A stretch of 64,000 nt of DNA, taken from the IMG/VR virus record IMGVR_UViG_3300044608_000911. One strand, written 5' to 3'. This document shows positions 38,552-46,997 of the stretch, piece by piece (the stretch's first letter is position 1; every line of letters starts with the position of its first letter). Position numbers and translations under genes: made by a program. Source of the stretch: an uncultured virus (IMG/VR IMGVR_UViG_3300044608_000911). Lineage: Duplodnaviria; Heunggongvirae; Uroviricota; Caudoviricetes. Below the pieces are notes generated by a model. The model searched no databases. It was not told the DNA's origin and saw only the letters and a program-made list of their open reading frames with translations.

Positions 38552-38623
38552 CTGGGGCGGCGGGATTCGAACCTGCAACCGATCGGTTAACAGCCGATAG
38601 CTCTGCCGTTGAGCTACACCCCA
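38552..38623 (-). tRNA. tRNA-Asn(GTT)
   Basis: ATCGG-CT-GTT-AA-CCGAT. Confidence 0.95.
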
Positions 38624-38629
38624 ATGAAA

Positions 38630-38800
38630 TCAGGACTGTTGAGTGTCCATCATATATTCTACAGTATTTGCTATGTCATTCATAGCATCACGTAGATGTG
38701 GTTGTTGTCCGCTTTCTTGACGAACAATTGGTCTATGATCATCTGTGAGTGACCAGCGCCATTGTTTCATTATAGCACAGTACCACAGATTAATTTTCAT
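38630..38800 (-). CDS. conserved cyanophage hypothetical protein (MKINLWYC...QWRW)
   Basis: ORF track; start moved to ATG 38800. Confidence 0.7.
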   Translation of the reverse strand: MKINLWYCAIMKQWRWSLTDDHRPIVRQESGQQPHLRDAMNDIANTVEYMMDTQQS

Positions 38801-38945
38801 GTTTGAAACTTTCCAATCGAATCCAGTTGGCAAGGGCGTTAAGTTGCATTCTTTTGTCTTCAGTAAAGTCATATTTTTTATTAAAAAGATAGAACTCAAT
38901 TGCTTCAAGTGCTAATTGTCTGTCTGCTTGTGAAATGAGTGACAT
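38790..38945 (-). CDS. hypothetical protein (MSLISQADRQ...)
   Basis: ORF track; start moved outside tRNA-Ala. Confidence 0.7.
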   Translation of the reverse strand: MSLISQADRQLALEAIEFYLFNKKYDFTEDKRMQLNALANWIRLESFKHEN

Positions 38946-38964
38946 AGTGAGTATATAGAACTCA

Positions 38965-39037
38965 TGGAGAATAGGAGACTCGAACTCCTGACAGCCTGCT
39001 TGCAAAGCAGGTGCTCTACCAACTGAGCTAATTCCCC
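38965..39037 (-). tRNA. tRNA-Ala(TGC)
   Basis: G3:U70 pair; TT-TGC-AA. Confidence 0.95.
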
Positions 39038-39040
39038 TAA

Positions 39041-39129
39041 TGGTAGGAGGGGGGAGCATCACCTTAAGCCCCCCTCTTTACTTCACTTAGCCACAGAATA
39101 CTAGACCAAGGAGAGGTTTTGGTTCCTAC
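39041..39129 (-). ncRNA. structured non-tRNA element ending in CCA
   Basis: GTAGGA/TCCTAC closing stem; ACCAA/TTGGT and GGGGGGC/GCTCCCCCC hairpins. Confidence 0.6.
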
Positions 39130-39132
39130 ATT

Positions 39133-39194
39133 TGGGGGGATGATCGGACTTCACCCAGAAGGCAAAGTCCTTAAGACCCTGCCAAATCATCCCC
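39133..39194 (-). ncRNA. 62-nt structured element ending in CCA
   Basis: 9-bp GGGGATGAT/ATCATCCCC stem followed directly by CCA; internal GGCAGGGTC/GACTTTGCC hairpin. Confidence 0.6.
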
Positions 39195-39243
39195 TTACGA
39201 CGCTACGGAAGATACCCGTAGTAGAAGTTGGCATTACTGCCAA

Positions 39244-39317
39244 AGCCCAAGGTCGGACTTGAACCGACGACCTACGGTTTACAAAACCGTTGCTCTATCC
39301 AGCTGAGCTACTCAGGC
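39244..39317 (-). tRNA. tRNA-Thr(TGT)
   Basis: ACGGT-TT-TGT-AA-ACCGT. Confidence 0.95.
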
Positions 39318-39832
39318 ATTTTTACAAATTTGAATGCTCCCCAGTCAGAACCCCAAATTTTTTCATGTGTCTCTGCGTGTAATCCACGATCAACAACATG
39401 ATATTCAGTTTTAGTAAGAGTGACTTCGTTTTGAACATAGGTTTTTATACCTTGCCAATCAACCCAGCACTCACAGGTGGAGGTTCCACCCTGGAACATT
39501 TCAGGTCCCGTCTGTGTCATAATAATATCACATCCCTCTCGGTATGTCAAGATGTCATCTGTGATGAGTTCAAGGTTTTGACACTCAACAAATCTAGAAG
39601 CATCTTGGATTTCGTAGTTTTTGAGACGGAACTGCCCCTTCTCAACCTCTACATCAATCACAAACTGACGATATGGGTTATTTAGAAGGTAATTGTATGC
39701 TTGTTCTCCATAGAAACGATAATCGGAAATTTTCCGATGTTGTACCCGAATATGAGCATAACGAGTAGGATGAGATTGTGCTTGCCGTTTGTTAGCAAAG
39801 GTTCCTTCAAGATATTCAAGAAACTGGTTCAT
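39308..39832 (-). CDS. cpeT: CpeT/CpcT-type phycobiliprotein (bilin) lyase
   Basis: GTF.N..QA..HP..YAHI; YGEQAY.Y...PYRQ; GCD; DRG...WGS.WG.F.F. Confidence 0.9.
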   Translation of the reverse strand: MNQFLEYLEGTFANKRQAQSHPTRYAHIRVQHRKISDYRFYGEQAYNYLLNNPYRQFVIDVEVEKGQFRLKNYEIQDASRFVECQNLELITDDILTYREGCDIIMTQTGPEMFQGGTSTCECWVDWQGIKTYVQNEVTLTKTEYHVVDRGLHAETHEKIWGSDWGAFKFVKMPE

Positions 39833-40097
39833 CGGGTAAAACTTCGGGATTAACTAAATCTAACTCAAACAATACGGGGTGGCATTCTTCAGCAATCAAA
39901 TAATCAGAATAACGGAAGATATCTTCCATAGTATATTCTTGATTGAGTGCTGCTTCTGCTAAGATCCACTTATCGTGTTTCTCGTTTTCTTCTAAGATGT
40001 CAAAAGCAAATGGTATGTTCTCAATATAATACATCAGCACAGGTTCGCTGTCAACAAAGACATGCTTTCGAGTGATGGTGTATCTGAAAACTGCCAT
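39816..40097 (-). CDS. conserved hypothetical protein
   Basis: ORF track; YLIAEECHP. Confidence 0.75.
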   Translation of the reverse strand: MAVFRYTITRKHVFVDSEPVLMYYIENIPFAFDILEENEKHDKWILAEAALNQEYTMEDIFRYSDYLIAEECHPVLFELDLVNPEVLPDEPVS

Positions 40098-40141
40098 TAC
40101 ATTTGATCTCTCAAAATTTCCTGTTACTATTTACACAGGAA

Positions 40142-40214
40142 TACCCGTGGTCGGATTCGAACCGACACTGGAGGGATTTTAAGTCCCCTGTCTCTGCCGT
40201 TGGACTACACGGGC
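40142..40214 (-). tRNA. tRNA-Leu(TAA) with short variable loop
   Basis: GGGGA-CT-TAA-AA-TCCCT; 5-nt variable region. Confidence 0.9.
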
Positions 40215-40218
40215 AAGG

Positions 40219-40291
40219 TGCTCCTTGAGGGGATCGAACCCACCTTAGGCGAATTATGAGTTCGCTGCATTCACCAGATTGCTAAAGGAGC
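40219..40291 (-). tRNA. tRNA with CAT anticodon (Met or Ile2)
   Basis: GCGAA-CT-CAT-AA-TTCGC. Confidence 0.9.
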
Positions 40292-40294
40292 GAA

Positions 40295-40366
40295 TGGGGA
40301 TACTGGGAGTTGAACCCAGACTAACCCGTTATAAGCAGGCCGCTCTAACCATTAAGCTATACCCCC
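40295..40366 (-). tRNA. tRNA-Ile(TAT)
   Basis: GCCTG-CT-TAT-AA-CGGGT. Confidence 0.9.
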
Positions 40367-40380
40367 ATAAAATTAGGGCA

Positions 40381-40506
40381 TCATATTCGCACTAACAGTT
40401 TTGCTTTTAATGCTTGCCTACGCTTCTTAGCATCTCTCAATGCTTGAGGCTTGAGAGAACGCTTCTGTTCTTTTTTGGAGTGGTGCTGCCAGTTCGGAAC
40501 TTTCAT
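40381..40506 (-). CDS. 41-aa basic peptide (MKVPNWQHHSKKEQKR...)
   Basis: Hand-translated; first gene after a strong promoter. Confidence 0.7.
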   Translation of the reverse strand: MKVPNWQHHSKKEQKRSLKPQALRDAKKRRQALKAKLLVRI

Positions 40507-40532
40507 CGTTCTCTCGTGTTCTGTATGTATGT

Positions 40533-40590
40533 ATAATACCCGATTATTAGGCGTTCGTCAAGGGCAGTGTGACAGTTGCTTTTCTGGCAC
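40533..40590 (-). promoter_or_regulatory. sigma70 promoter with upstream palindrome
   Basis: TTGACG-N17-TATTAT; GTGACAGTT-N4-TTCTGGCAC at 40569-40590. Confidence 0.75.
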
Positions 40591-40676
40591 TCTGCTGGGC
40601 AATAAATGCCCGAAGCTCTGGGGTTTCTTCCCATTCCCAGGTGCGACCTTTCTTATCAATCCATTGCTTTTTAGGA

Positions 40677-40868
40677 TTACTCACTTTTCAATTCCTCCAG
40701 TTTGTCTAAAATTGTATCAAATGATCCGATGCCTTCAATCTCAGAGATCATTTTAGCGATCTGAGTACAAACAATCGGTCGTTCTTGCCTAGCAGCATAT
40801 GCTAGAGCATTTCGTAGAGAAGCAGAAGCTTCTTTCAAGCTTTCCTCTACTGATTTTGATAGAGCCAT
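40677..40868 (-). CDS. conserved hypothetical protein
   Basis: ORF track; own promoter. Confidence 0.75.
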   Translation of the reverse strand: MALSKSVEESLKEASASLRNALAYAARQERPIVCTQIAKMISEIEGIGSFDTILDKLEELKSE

Positions 40869-40894
40869 TACTCACCCGAACCTTGAACAGAGTT

Positions 40895-40923
40895 ATCTTA
40901 CTCGGTTTCTGAGGTTCTGTCAA
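40895..40923 (-). promoter_or_regulatory. sigma70-type promoter
   Basis: TTGACA-N17-TAAGAT. Confidence 0.7.
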
Positions 40924-41246
40924 TCCCTCTGGCGCCAGTCTTCGGGTTTATCTCTGCCTTCAGTAAAGAAATCAACAATTTCATCAACAGAGTTGAACCT
41001 GCTGATGCCTCTGCCTTCGTGTCCAGTCCCACCAATATCTAAGGCATTTAGAAATCCATCCATACTATCTTCAGTCATGTCTGGATTTTCTGCTCTTCGT
41101 CTTGCTTGACGAAGCATTGTCCCAGCTGTTCTATTTGCTTTTGCTAACTTTTCCGCCCATATCATCTCTTCCAAACTCACTTCTTGATGTGCTATAATTT
41201 TGTCACAGATCGCTTCCAAACGAAGACGATATTGCGTAGAAAGCAT
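40920..41246 (-). CDS. conserved cyanophage hypothetical protein (MLSTQYRLRLE...)
   Basis: ORF track; CTAAATA late-like motif upstream. Confidence 0.8.
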   Translation of the reverse strand: MLSTQYRLRLEAICDKIIAHQEVSLEEMIWAEKLAKANRTAGTMLRQARRRAENPDMTEDSMDGFLNALDIGGTGHEGRGISRFNSVDEIVDFFTEGRDKPEDWRQRD

Positions 41247-41272
41247 AAAGACCCTTTCACAACTACGTTTAT

Positions 41273-42445
41273 TTAGTTTAGGAGAATAAGAGCACCCTTA
41301 ATACTGACATTTCCAGCACCAACAATATCAACAGTAGCACCAGCTTTGAAACTTGCTGCTGCTCCAGCTTCAATATTTACTGCTGCTCCTGCCTTCATGT
41401 CAATTGTAGCTCCAGAAGTTTGATCAATAGATCCACCAGCTTTGATTGACATAGCGCCAGTTGCCAGAATATCAAATGTAGCACCAGCATCATCCATAAT
41501 TGCCGCAACTGCCTTTCTATTAATAAAGTCAGCAGAATCATATGTTTGACCGCCAACAGCAGTCTTTACAGAATAAGCACTATCTCTTGCTTTAATCAAA
41601 GGTGGAACTGGAGTGCCACCAGCAACAATATGTTGCTCCGCTCCACCAATCCATTGTTGATAATCTCCAAGAATTTTCCAGTTTACATGTCCTGGAGAAA
41701 CCCAGTTTGCGGAAGCACGAGGATCAAAAGAAATCGTAGTATCTTCAGATACTCCAAATTTCATAACTTGTCCAAGAACAATATCTTTTTTATTAGCAGT
41801 AGTTTGTTCAACATTTCCAGCAAATAACTGAATTGTACCAGTTCCATTGTTAGCAGCGAGAACTATGTTTTGACCAGATAAGTAGAGTTCTGTTGCTGCT
41901 GTAATAAAAATCTTTTCTGCTTTTATTGTTCTTTGCGATCCTTTAGCATCTTCTGTAACATCACCATACGCTATAATATTAACAGCACATTTTTCGGAAT
42001 CATCACCAGCAGAATATTCAAAGTTAGATCTTCCCTCATGTTTCTGTTGTTGACCACCATAGGTATGAACATTTAATTTACCACTACCAGCACCAACTTG
42101 TTTACTATATTTTCCAGAAACAATATGAATTGTGCCTTGATTTCCGAGAGCGAAAAAACTATCCCCAGGACCATCTATTCTAAGTGTTGATGTAATGCCA
42201 TCTGGATACAATCTTTCATAAATGTGAGATCTTCCTAAAGAAGATTTCCAGCAAGTTAAAATTCTTGGAGTTTCTGATAATGTTTGAGTTTCATTTGGTG
42301 TAGATGGTTTTGCTGGTCCTTTTGTAGTTAAATTATTATACGTTGATTTTGAAGCAGATTTCTGCTTTGTCAAATTTTCTATTTTTGCGTTTCCCCTTGG
42401 ATCATAACCACCTCTTAATGATGGATCTTCTCTATTTCCTGCCAT
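41273..42445 (-). CDS. gp5 C-terminal-like beta-helix spike protein
   Basis: Short repeats (SIKAGG, DMKAGA, NIEAGA) ending in IKGALILLN; follows gp5. Confidence 0.65.
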   Translation of the reverse strand: MAGNREDPSLRGGYDPRGNAKIENLTKQKSASKSTYNNLTTKGPAKPSTPNETQTLSETPRILTCWKSSLGRSHIYERLYPDGITSTLRIDGPGDSFFALGNQGTIHIVSGKYSKQVGAGSGKLNVHTYGGQQQKHEGRSNFEYSAGDDSEKCAVNIIAYGDVTEDAKGSQRTIKAEKIFITAATELYLSGQNIVLAANNGTGTIQLFAGNVEQTTANKKDIVLGQVMKFGVSEDTTISFDPRASANWVSPGHVNWKILGDYQQWIGGAEQHIVAGGTPVPPLIKARDSAYSVKTAVGGQTYDSADFINRKAVAAIMDDAGATFDILATGAMSIKAGGSIDQTSGATIDMKAGAAVNIEAGAAASFKAGATVDIVGAGNVSIKGALILLN

Positions 42446-42457
42446 AATTTACAACTC

Positions 42458-45337
42458 CTATGGACAATCAACGTAACGACCAGTTCCGATCTTAGTAGAA
42501 CCAACAGTTGTAAGATCATTAGTATCTAGACATACTAATGATGGCAATAATTTAGCTCCATATCCACCGCCACCGACAACAATAATTTCTGGAAATTTAT
42601 CAAAAGTTTTAGTACGATCCAATATCCTTCCACCTATTACAAATCCATCTTCATTAATGATTGCTTCTGCGATTCCAAGTTTTCCATTAACATACATATC
42701 TGGAACTGTTGTATATCCGATTCCTGGTCGGATCAATGTAAAACTATCTATGATACAACGGACATCGTTTTCCTGTGCTAGATTCTTTCTATAACCATAC
42801 CCAGATGATTTGACACGAATCTCGGTTAGATAACCGTTTTCGTCTAGAAGAGCAGTTGCTGTTGCTCCAATTCCTTCTCCACCAACAAATACATATGGAG
42901 GTTCTGCCCATGGATCTCCAGGATTATCAATTGGAATTTGAATAATTCCTCCAGTATCGTCAGTAATAATTTTATCTGGATTTACAGTAGGCAATTCAAA
43001 TTCATCATATGTCGTTTGTGTTCCATCACCAACTCCAATATCATATTCTTCAATGGATGATCCACCACCTTCTTTATTTGAATCTGGTACAATCAAAACA
43101 CTAGTCGTTGCTCCAGTGCCATTAATAGAAAATGTTAATGTTTCATAGTCTTCTGGTCTATCATCTTCTTCAATTCCAATTGTGACCTTTGCTGTGCTAT
43201 TATTGATAATGAAAGATCCTACTAAACTGCCACCAACAACATCATCATTGGAGACACCACTTAAGGTATAAAAGGCAGCAGTTCCATTGGGAACATTTTT
43301 TGTTGTAATTGTGAACACAACAAATTCTCCCTCTTTTACTGTAGATCTATCAGCAATAACTTTATATGAAGGGGAAGAAAAACTCTTTTTTTGACCTGGA
43401 TTTCCACCAGTGTTTGTATCTTCATCACCAGTTTCTTCACCAACTAACGAAGTTGGAAAATTATTATCAATATTATCAAATGGATTGATTGGTTTTGGAT
43501 TAAATCTATCTCCTTCTTCAGTTAGATCAATTTCTGTAATGACGCACTTTCCAATATTTTTAATAAATTCCGAAGATACACCACTTCCACTACCAGGACT
43601 GTTTAGAGCAAGTTCTACAAAAAAGTCCTCATCCTTTTCAACAGCATCAGAATAGAAAGTTTTGAAAGTTATTTTCTTTTGAGTTTCTCCAGGAGCAAAT
43701 CCGAGAATGTCTTCTGCTGGTAGATAATCAGAATTTGCTGTCGCTGTACCTTGCTCTGTTAAAGATTTAAATGTTACGGAAGAAGCTGCTGATGTATATC
43801 CAGATCTAGTTACTGTAAATATAGCGTCTTTTCCTTCTTCTACTTGAATGTCATCAATTGTGTAGATAATTTTTAACTTTTCTGTGGAAGATCCAGTTCC
43901 ACCAGGAAGAGGAATTCCGCCAGTAAATCCAACAGTGGTAACTGCTAAACTATTTCCAGTATAGGCTTCTTCGCATGTGTATGATGTGTAATCAGCTCCA
44001 GTGACTGGGAATAGATTATCAATTCCAGAAAGTAAATCATCGAGAAAATCCTTTCCATCATCAGATGATTCATCCCTACTTCCATCTGTACAAACTTTTT
44101 TATATTCCGAACAGGTTTGGTCTGGTCCAGAACAAGAAATTCCTAGTAAAGATAAAACATAATTAATTGCTCCACCAATGATATTCAATGGTCCAGCAAT
44201 AGCACCAAGGATATCTTCTAGTGGACCCAAAATATTACCAAGTAATTCTTCTATCAAAGAATTAATTTTAGATAATATGCCATTAACTAAAGTATCAATT
44301 TGACAAGCAACTGCCTGATAAATCTGTGTGACAAGATCCATCAAAACATTTGTTAACCATTCTGCCAAGCGATCTCCAAGATCTGCCATTTGACATCCAA
44401 GGTCTTTCAATAATTTATTAAAAAACTCAGTAACTGGGGTTAAGGCATTACCTTCTTCTGATGGGTATAGTAAAGCATTAATTAGATCCCTAACAGCAGC
44501 TTCTAATTTTTCAATGATAAATCCTTTAACTTTTGCGATAAAATGCTGTACGACAAATAAAATTTTATTTGTATATCTTCTAGCTTCTTCTACAGCACTG
44601 TATAGTCCACCAGTATATTTGTTTATTAAAAAATCTCCTATTTGCCCACCATTATTTTGAACTGCTGCCAATAGTTCTGAAAGAATATACTTAATCGAAG
44701 ATCCAAGATCATCTTTCTCACATTTTTCTGCTACAGATTGACACCACTTCTCTTCTTCATCTCCTTGTGCTGGACCTTGGGGAATAGGAACTCTTGGTTT
44801 TCCATCTTTACCTAAAGAACCATCTGGCAATCCACCTGTGCTTTGATTTGTATTCTCAGATTGTCCGCCTTCTTTATTTTCTGGTGCTGGAGTACCATCC
44901 TTTGCTGGTTGAACAGTCGCTGGTATTGCTGTAGTAAATGGTGGGTCTTCTGGTCTGGCGTTTTTAACAATTGTTGTGGCACCAGGGGTTTGACCAATTG
45001 ACCCCATTATTATCGGTTTTTGTCTTTCTGGATCTAAGTAAAATCCAACAACCCAACATCCAGGTTTTAATTGAGAACCTGCTCCGCCTTCGTTCCCAGG
45101 CATAAAGGGAACGTTAACTGGCATCATCACACTACACCATGGTAAATCAGCAGTGTCAAGTATTTCTTTGCTTTGAGGATGTTCGCCAACAATCCTCACC
45201 TTATAACGAATTCCACCTTTGTTATTAGGTTCGTCTGCTGCTGTTCCTTCTACTTGACCAACCCACCAATTAAAACCATCATTACCAATTTTATTTGTTG
45301 GGATGAGTTGAGATAATAGTTGATCCATATCACTCAA
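42458..45337 (-). CDS. gp5: baseplate hub gp5-like protein (OB fold plus Calx-beta-like domains)
   Basis: GFNWWVGQVE...RYKVRI.G.H...LPW...WV.GF.LD...P.I.G; V.EG..A.FTVTR...L.F.PGET.K. Confidence 0.85.
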   Translation of the reverse strand: MSDMDQLLSQLIPTNKIGNDGFNWWVGQVEGTAADEPNNKGGIRYKVRIVGEHPQSKEILDTADLPWCSVMMPVNVPFMPGNEGGAGSQLKPGCWVVGFYLDPERQKPIIMGSIGQTPGATTIVKNARPEDPPFTTAIPATVQPAKDGTPAPENKEGGQSENTNQSTGGLPDGSLGKDGKPRVPIPQGPAQGDEEEKWCQSVAEKCEKDDLGSSIKYILSELLAAVQNNGGQIGDFLINKYTGGLYSAVEEARRYTNKILFVVQHFIAKVKGFIIEKLEAAVRDLINALLYPSEEGNALTPVTEFFNKLLKDLGCQMADLGDRLAEWLTNVLMDLVTQIYQAVACQIDTLVNGILSKINSLIEELLGNILGPLEDILGAIAGPLNIIGGAINYVLSLLGISCSGPDQTCSEYKKVCTDGSRDESSDDGKDFLDDLLSGIDNLFPVTGADYTSYTCEEAYTGNSLAVTTVGFTGGIPLPGGTGSSTEKLKIIYTIDDIQVEEGKDAIFTVTRSGYTSAASSVTFKSLTEQGTATANSDYLPAEDILGFAPGETQKKITFKTFYSDAVEKDEDFFVELALNSPGSGSGVSSEFIKNIGKCVITEIDLTEEGDRFNPKPINPFDNIDNNFPTSLVGEETGDEDTNTGGNPGQKKSFSSPSYKVIADRSTVKEGEFVVFTITTKNVPNGTAAFYTLSGVSNDDVVGGSLVGSFIINNSTAKVTIGIEEDDRPEDYETLTFSINGTGATTSVLIVPDSNKEGGGSSIEEYDIGVGDGTQTTYDEFELPTVNPDKIITDDTGGIIQIPIDNPGDPWAEPPYVFVGGEGIGATATALLDENGYLTEIRVKSSGYGYRKNLAQENDVRCIIDSFTLIRPGIGYTTVPDMYVNGKLGIAEAIINEDGFVIGGRILDRTKTFDKFPEIIVVGGGGYGAKLLPSLVCLDTNDLTTVGSTKIGTGRYVDCP

Positions 45338-45546
45338 TCATCATATACTCTACATTCCAAAGCACCTGGATTGCTATCACAAAAGAGTTCTAATGATGTT
45401 GGATCATGATCATCATTTGGATGACGCTCTTTGTATGCTTCTAGAGCGGTAAGTTCTTCTTGTGTATGTCTACGAGCTTGTGGAGATGTTTGTGGATCAT
45501 CGAGAATTTTTTTATCTTGTTCAATATGTACGTCAATATTTTCCAT
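45334..45546 (-). CDS. cp12: CP12 Calvin-cycle inhibitor
   Basis: C-terminal LELFCDSNPGALECRVYDD. Confidence 0.9.
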   Translation of the reverse strand: MENIDVHIEQDKKILDDPQTSPQARRHTQEELTALEAYKERHPNDDHDPTSLELFCDSNPGALECRVYDD

Positions 45547-45571
45547 TTTTAGTTTCCTCCTGTTACATTAT

Positions 45572-46993
45572 TTAGTTGCCATGTTGAGAGACACGATCTT
45601 TAACACCATGAGTATCTCTAGCAAGACGAAGTGTAGTTGTAAATCTCCCATTTGATCCTATTAAAGTATCATATGAATGCGTGACTTCCATAATCAAATA
45701 TATTCCACTATATTCTGGATCAAAAGGATCATCTTTGGCAAATTTGCTAGGTTGTTTGTTTGTAATGCGAATATCTATCCTATCTCCAGCACAAATTTGA
45801 GAATTTCCAGGTATGACTACTGTAACTTTTTGATTTGATAAAGTTTCGTATCTTGCCATAGATTGGGCAGCATATTCTAAATGTCTATCGGAATATTGTG
45901 ATGGATTTGTTGCGCCATCCTTTTCATATGGAGATGCTGGTTTATCTTCATTATACCAAGTTTCATGATCCAATATCATGGACATAATTTTAGTGGGATA
46001 GTCTGCCAATGTTTGATTGGCAGATATTCTAACTAAAGTTGGTTCTTCTTGACTGCCCAAATGCTTCATGTCATCAAAAGCTTCTTTCATATTATAGATG
46101 TATTCGTCATATTGTCCAGTAGAATGATTAAAAAAGCATACTTTTGTGGAATACTTTCCAAATCTTAATCCAGATATCAAGTCTACTTCGGAATTAAAAT
46201 TAATTTCGCTAATTGTAAATCTATCATCTGCTCCATCATCTTGGTTTAGTATTTTTTCTACATATGGTCCCCAAGGTTTTATCTTATAATTCTCAGTTTC
46301 TTTGTCCGAGCATAAAGTATCAACTGAGTAAAAATTAAATCCTCTCTTATTTTCCCAAAAGAAAAATCCAGCACTTCCACCTATAATCTGTTCTTTATCC
46401 TTTACTGATGTAGAATTACTTTTTGAAGACGTTGTTACAGAAACACTTTTTTGTTCAGATGGTACAGATTTTGGCATTAACATTGCCGCAATGTCAAAAA
46501 CTCTTTTTCTGGCAGCAATTATTTTTGTTTCAAATAAACAAGGCTCACTATTTAAAGTTTTTTCTGTCTTTAAGTATTCTTTCAAGAGTTTTGCGATAAT
46601 TTCATCTGGTTTGCCAGTTAATGGAACTTCAACTCTCACACATTCGTTGTTTAGTGCTTCTTCAGAGATTAATCCAAGAGTGTAAGACTGATCTTGATTT
46701 TTTACATATCTATTCGCAATTTTCCATATTCTTAAATTATACTCTTCACCAGATTCGTTAGTATTTGTCTGTATTCTTACCTTTATCAATTCTCCACCTT
46801 GGATTGGCATAGAATTAATCAGACCACCACTATCAACAATTGCCATTGTTCCCATTAGAAAAGCAAAATTTGTGCTTTCAACATAATTAAAAATCTGAAC
46901 AAGATTTTTTATGTCATAAGACTTTTTGCCATCAGCGGATGTTATCGTGATGGATGATATTTTAAAATCTGTTGTTGATTGAAATTCTGCCAT
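45572..46993 (-). CDS. baseplate hub protein (gp27-like)
   Basis: NYVES...D; FFFWEN..GFNF.S.D; IPGN...AGD; YSG.YLI..V.H; position next to gp5. Confidence 0.7.
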   Translation of the reverse strand: MAEFQSTTDFKISSITITSADGKKSYDIKNLVQIFNYVESTNFAFLMGTMAIVDSGGLINSMPIQGGELIKVRIQTNTNESGEEYNLRIWKIANRYVKNQDQSYTLGLISEEALNNECVRVEVPLTGKPDEIIAKLLKEYLKTEKTLNSEPCLFETKIIAARKRVFDIAAMLMPKSVPSEQKSVSVTTSSKSNSTSVKDKEQIIGGSAGFFFWENKRGFNFYSVDTLCSDKETENYKIKPWGPYVEKILNQDDGADDRFTISEINFNSEVDLISGLRFGKYSTKVCFFNHSTGQYDEYIYNMKEAFDDMKHLGSQEEPTLVRISANQTLADYPTKIMSMILDHETWYNEDKPASPYEKDGATNPSQYSDRHLEYAAQSMARYETLSNQKVTVVIPGNSQICAGDRIDIRITNKQPSKFAKDDPFDPEYSGIYLIMEVTHSYDTLIGSNGRFTTTLRLARDTHGVKDRVSQHGN

Positions 46994-46997
46994 AATA

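Noticed and set aside
37321..38624. ORF-track calls overlapping the tRNA array
   Set aside because: They are translations of tRNA sequence; the cloverleaf structures explain the region.
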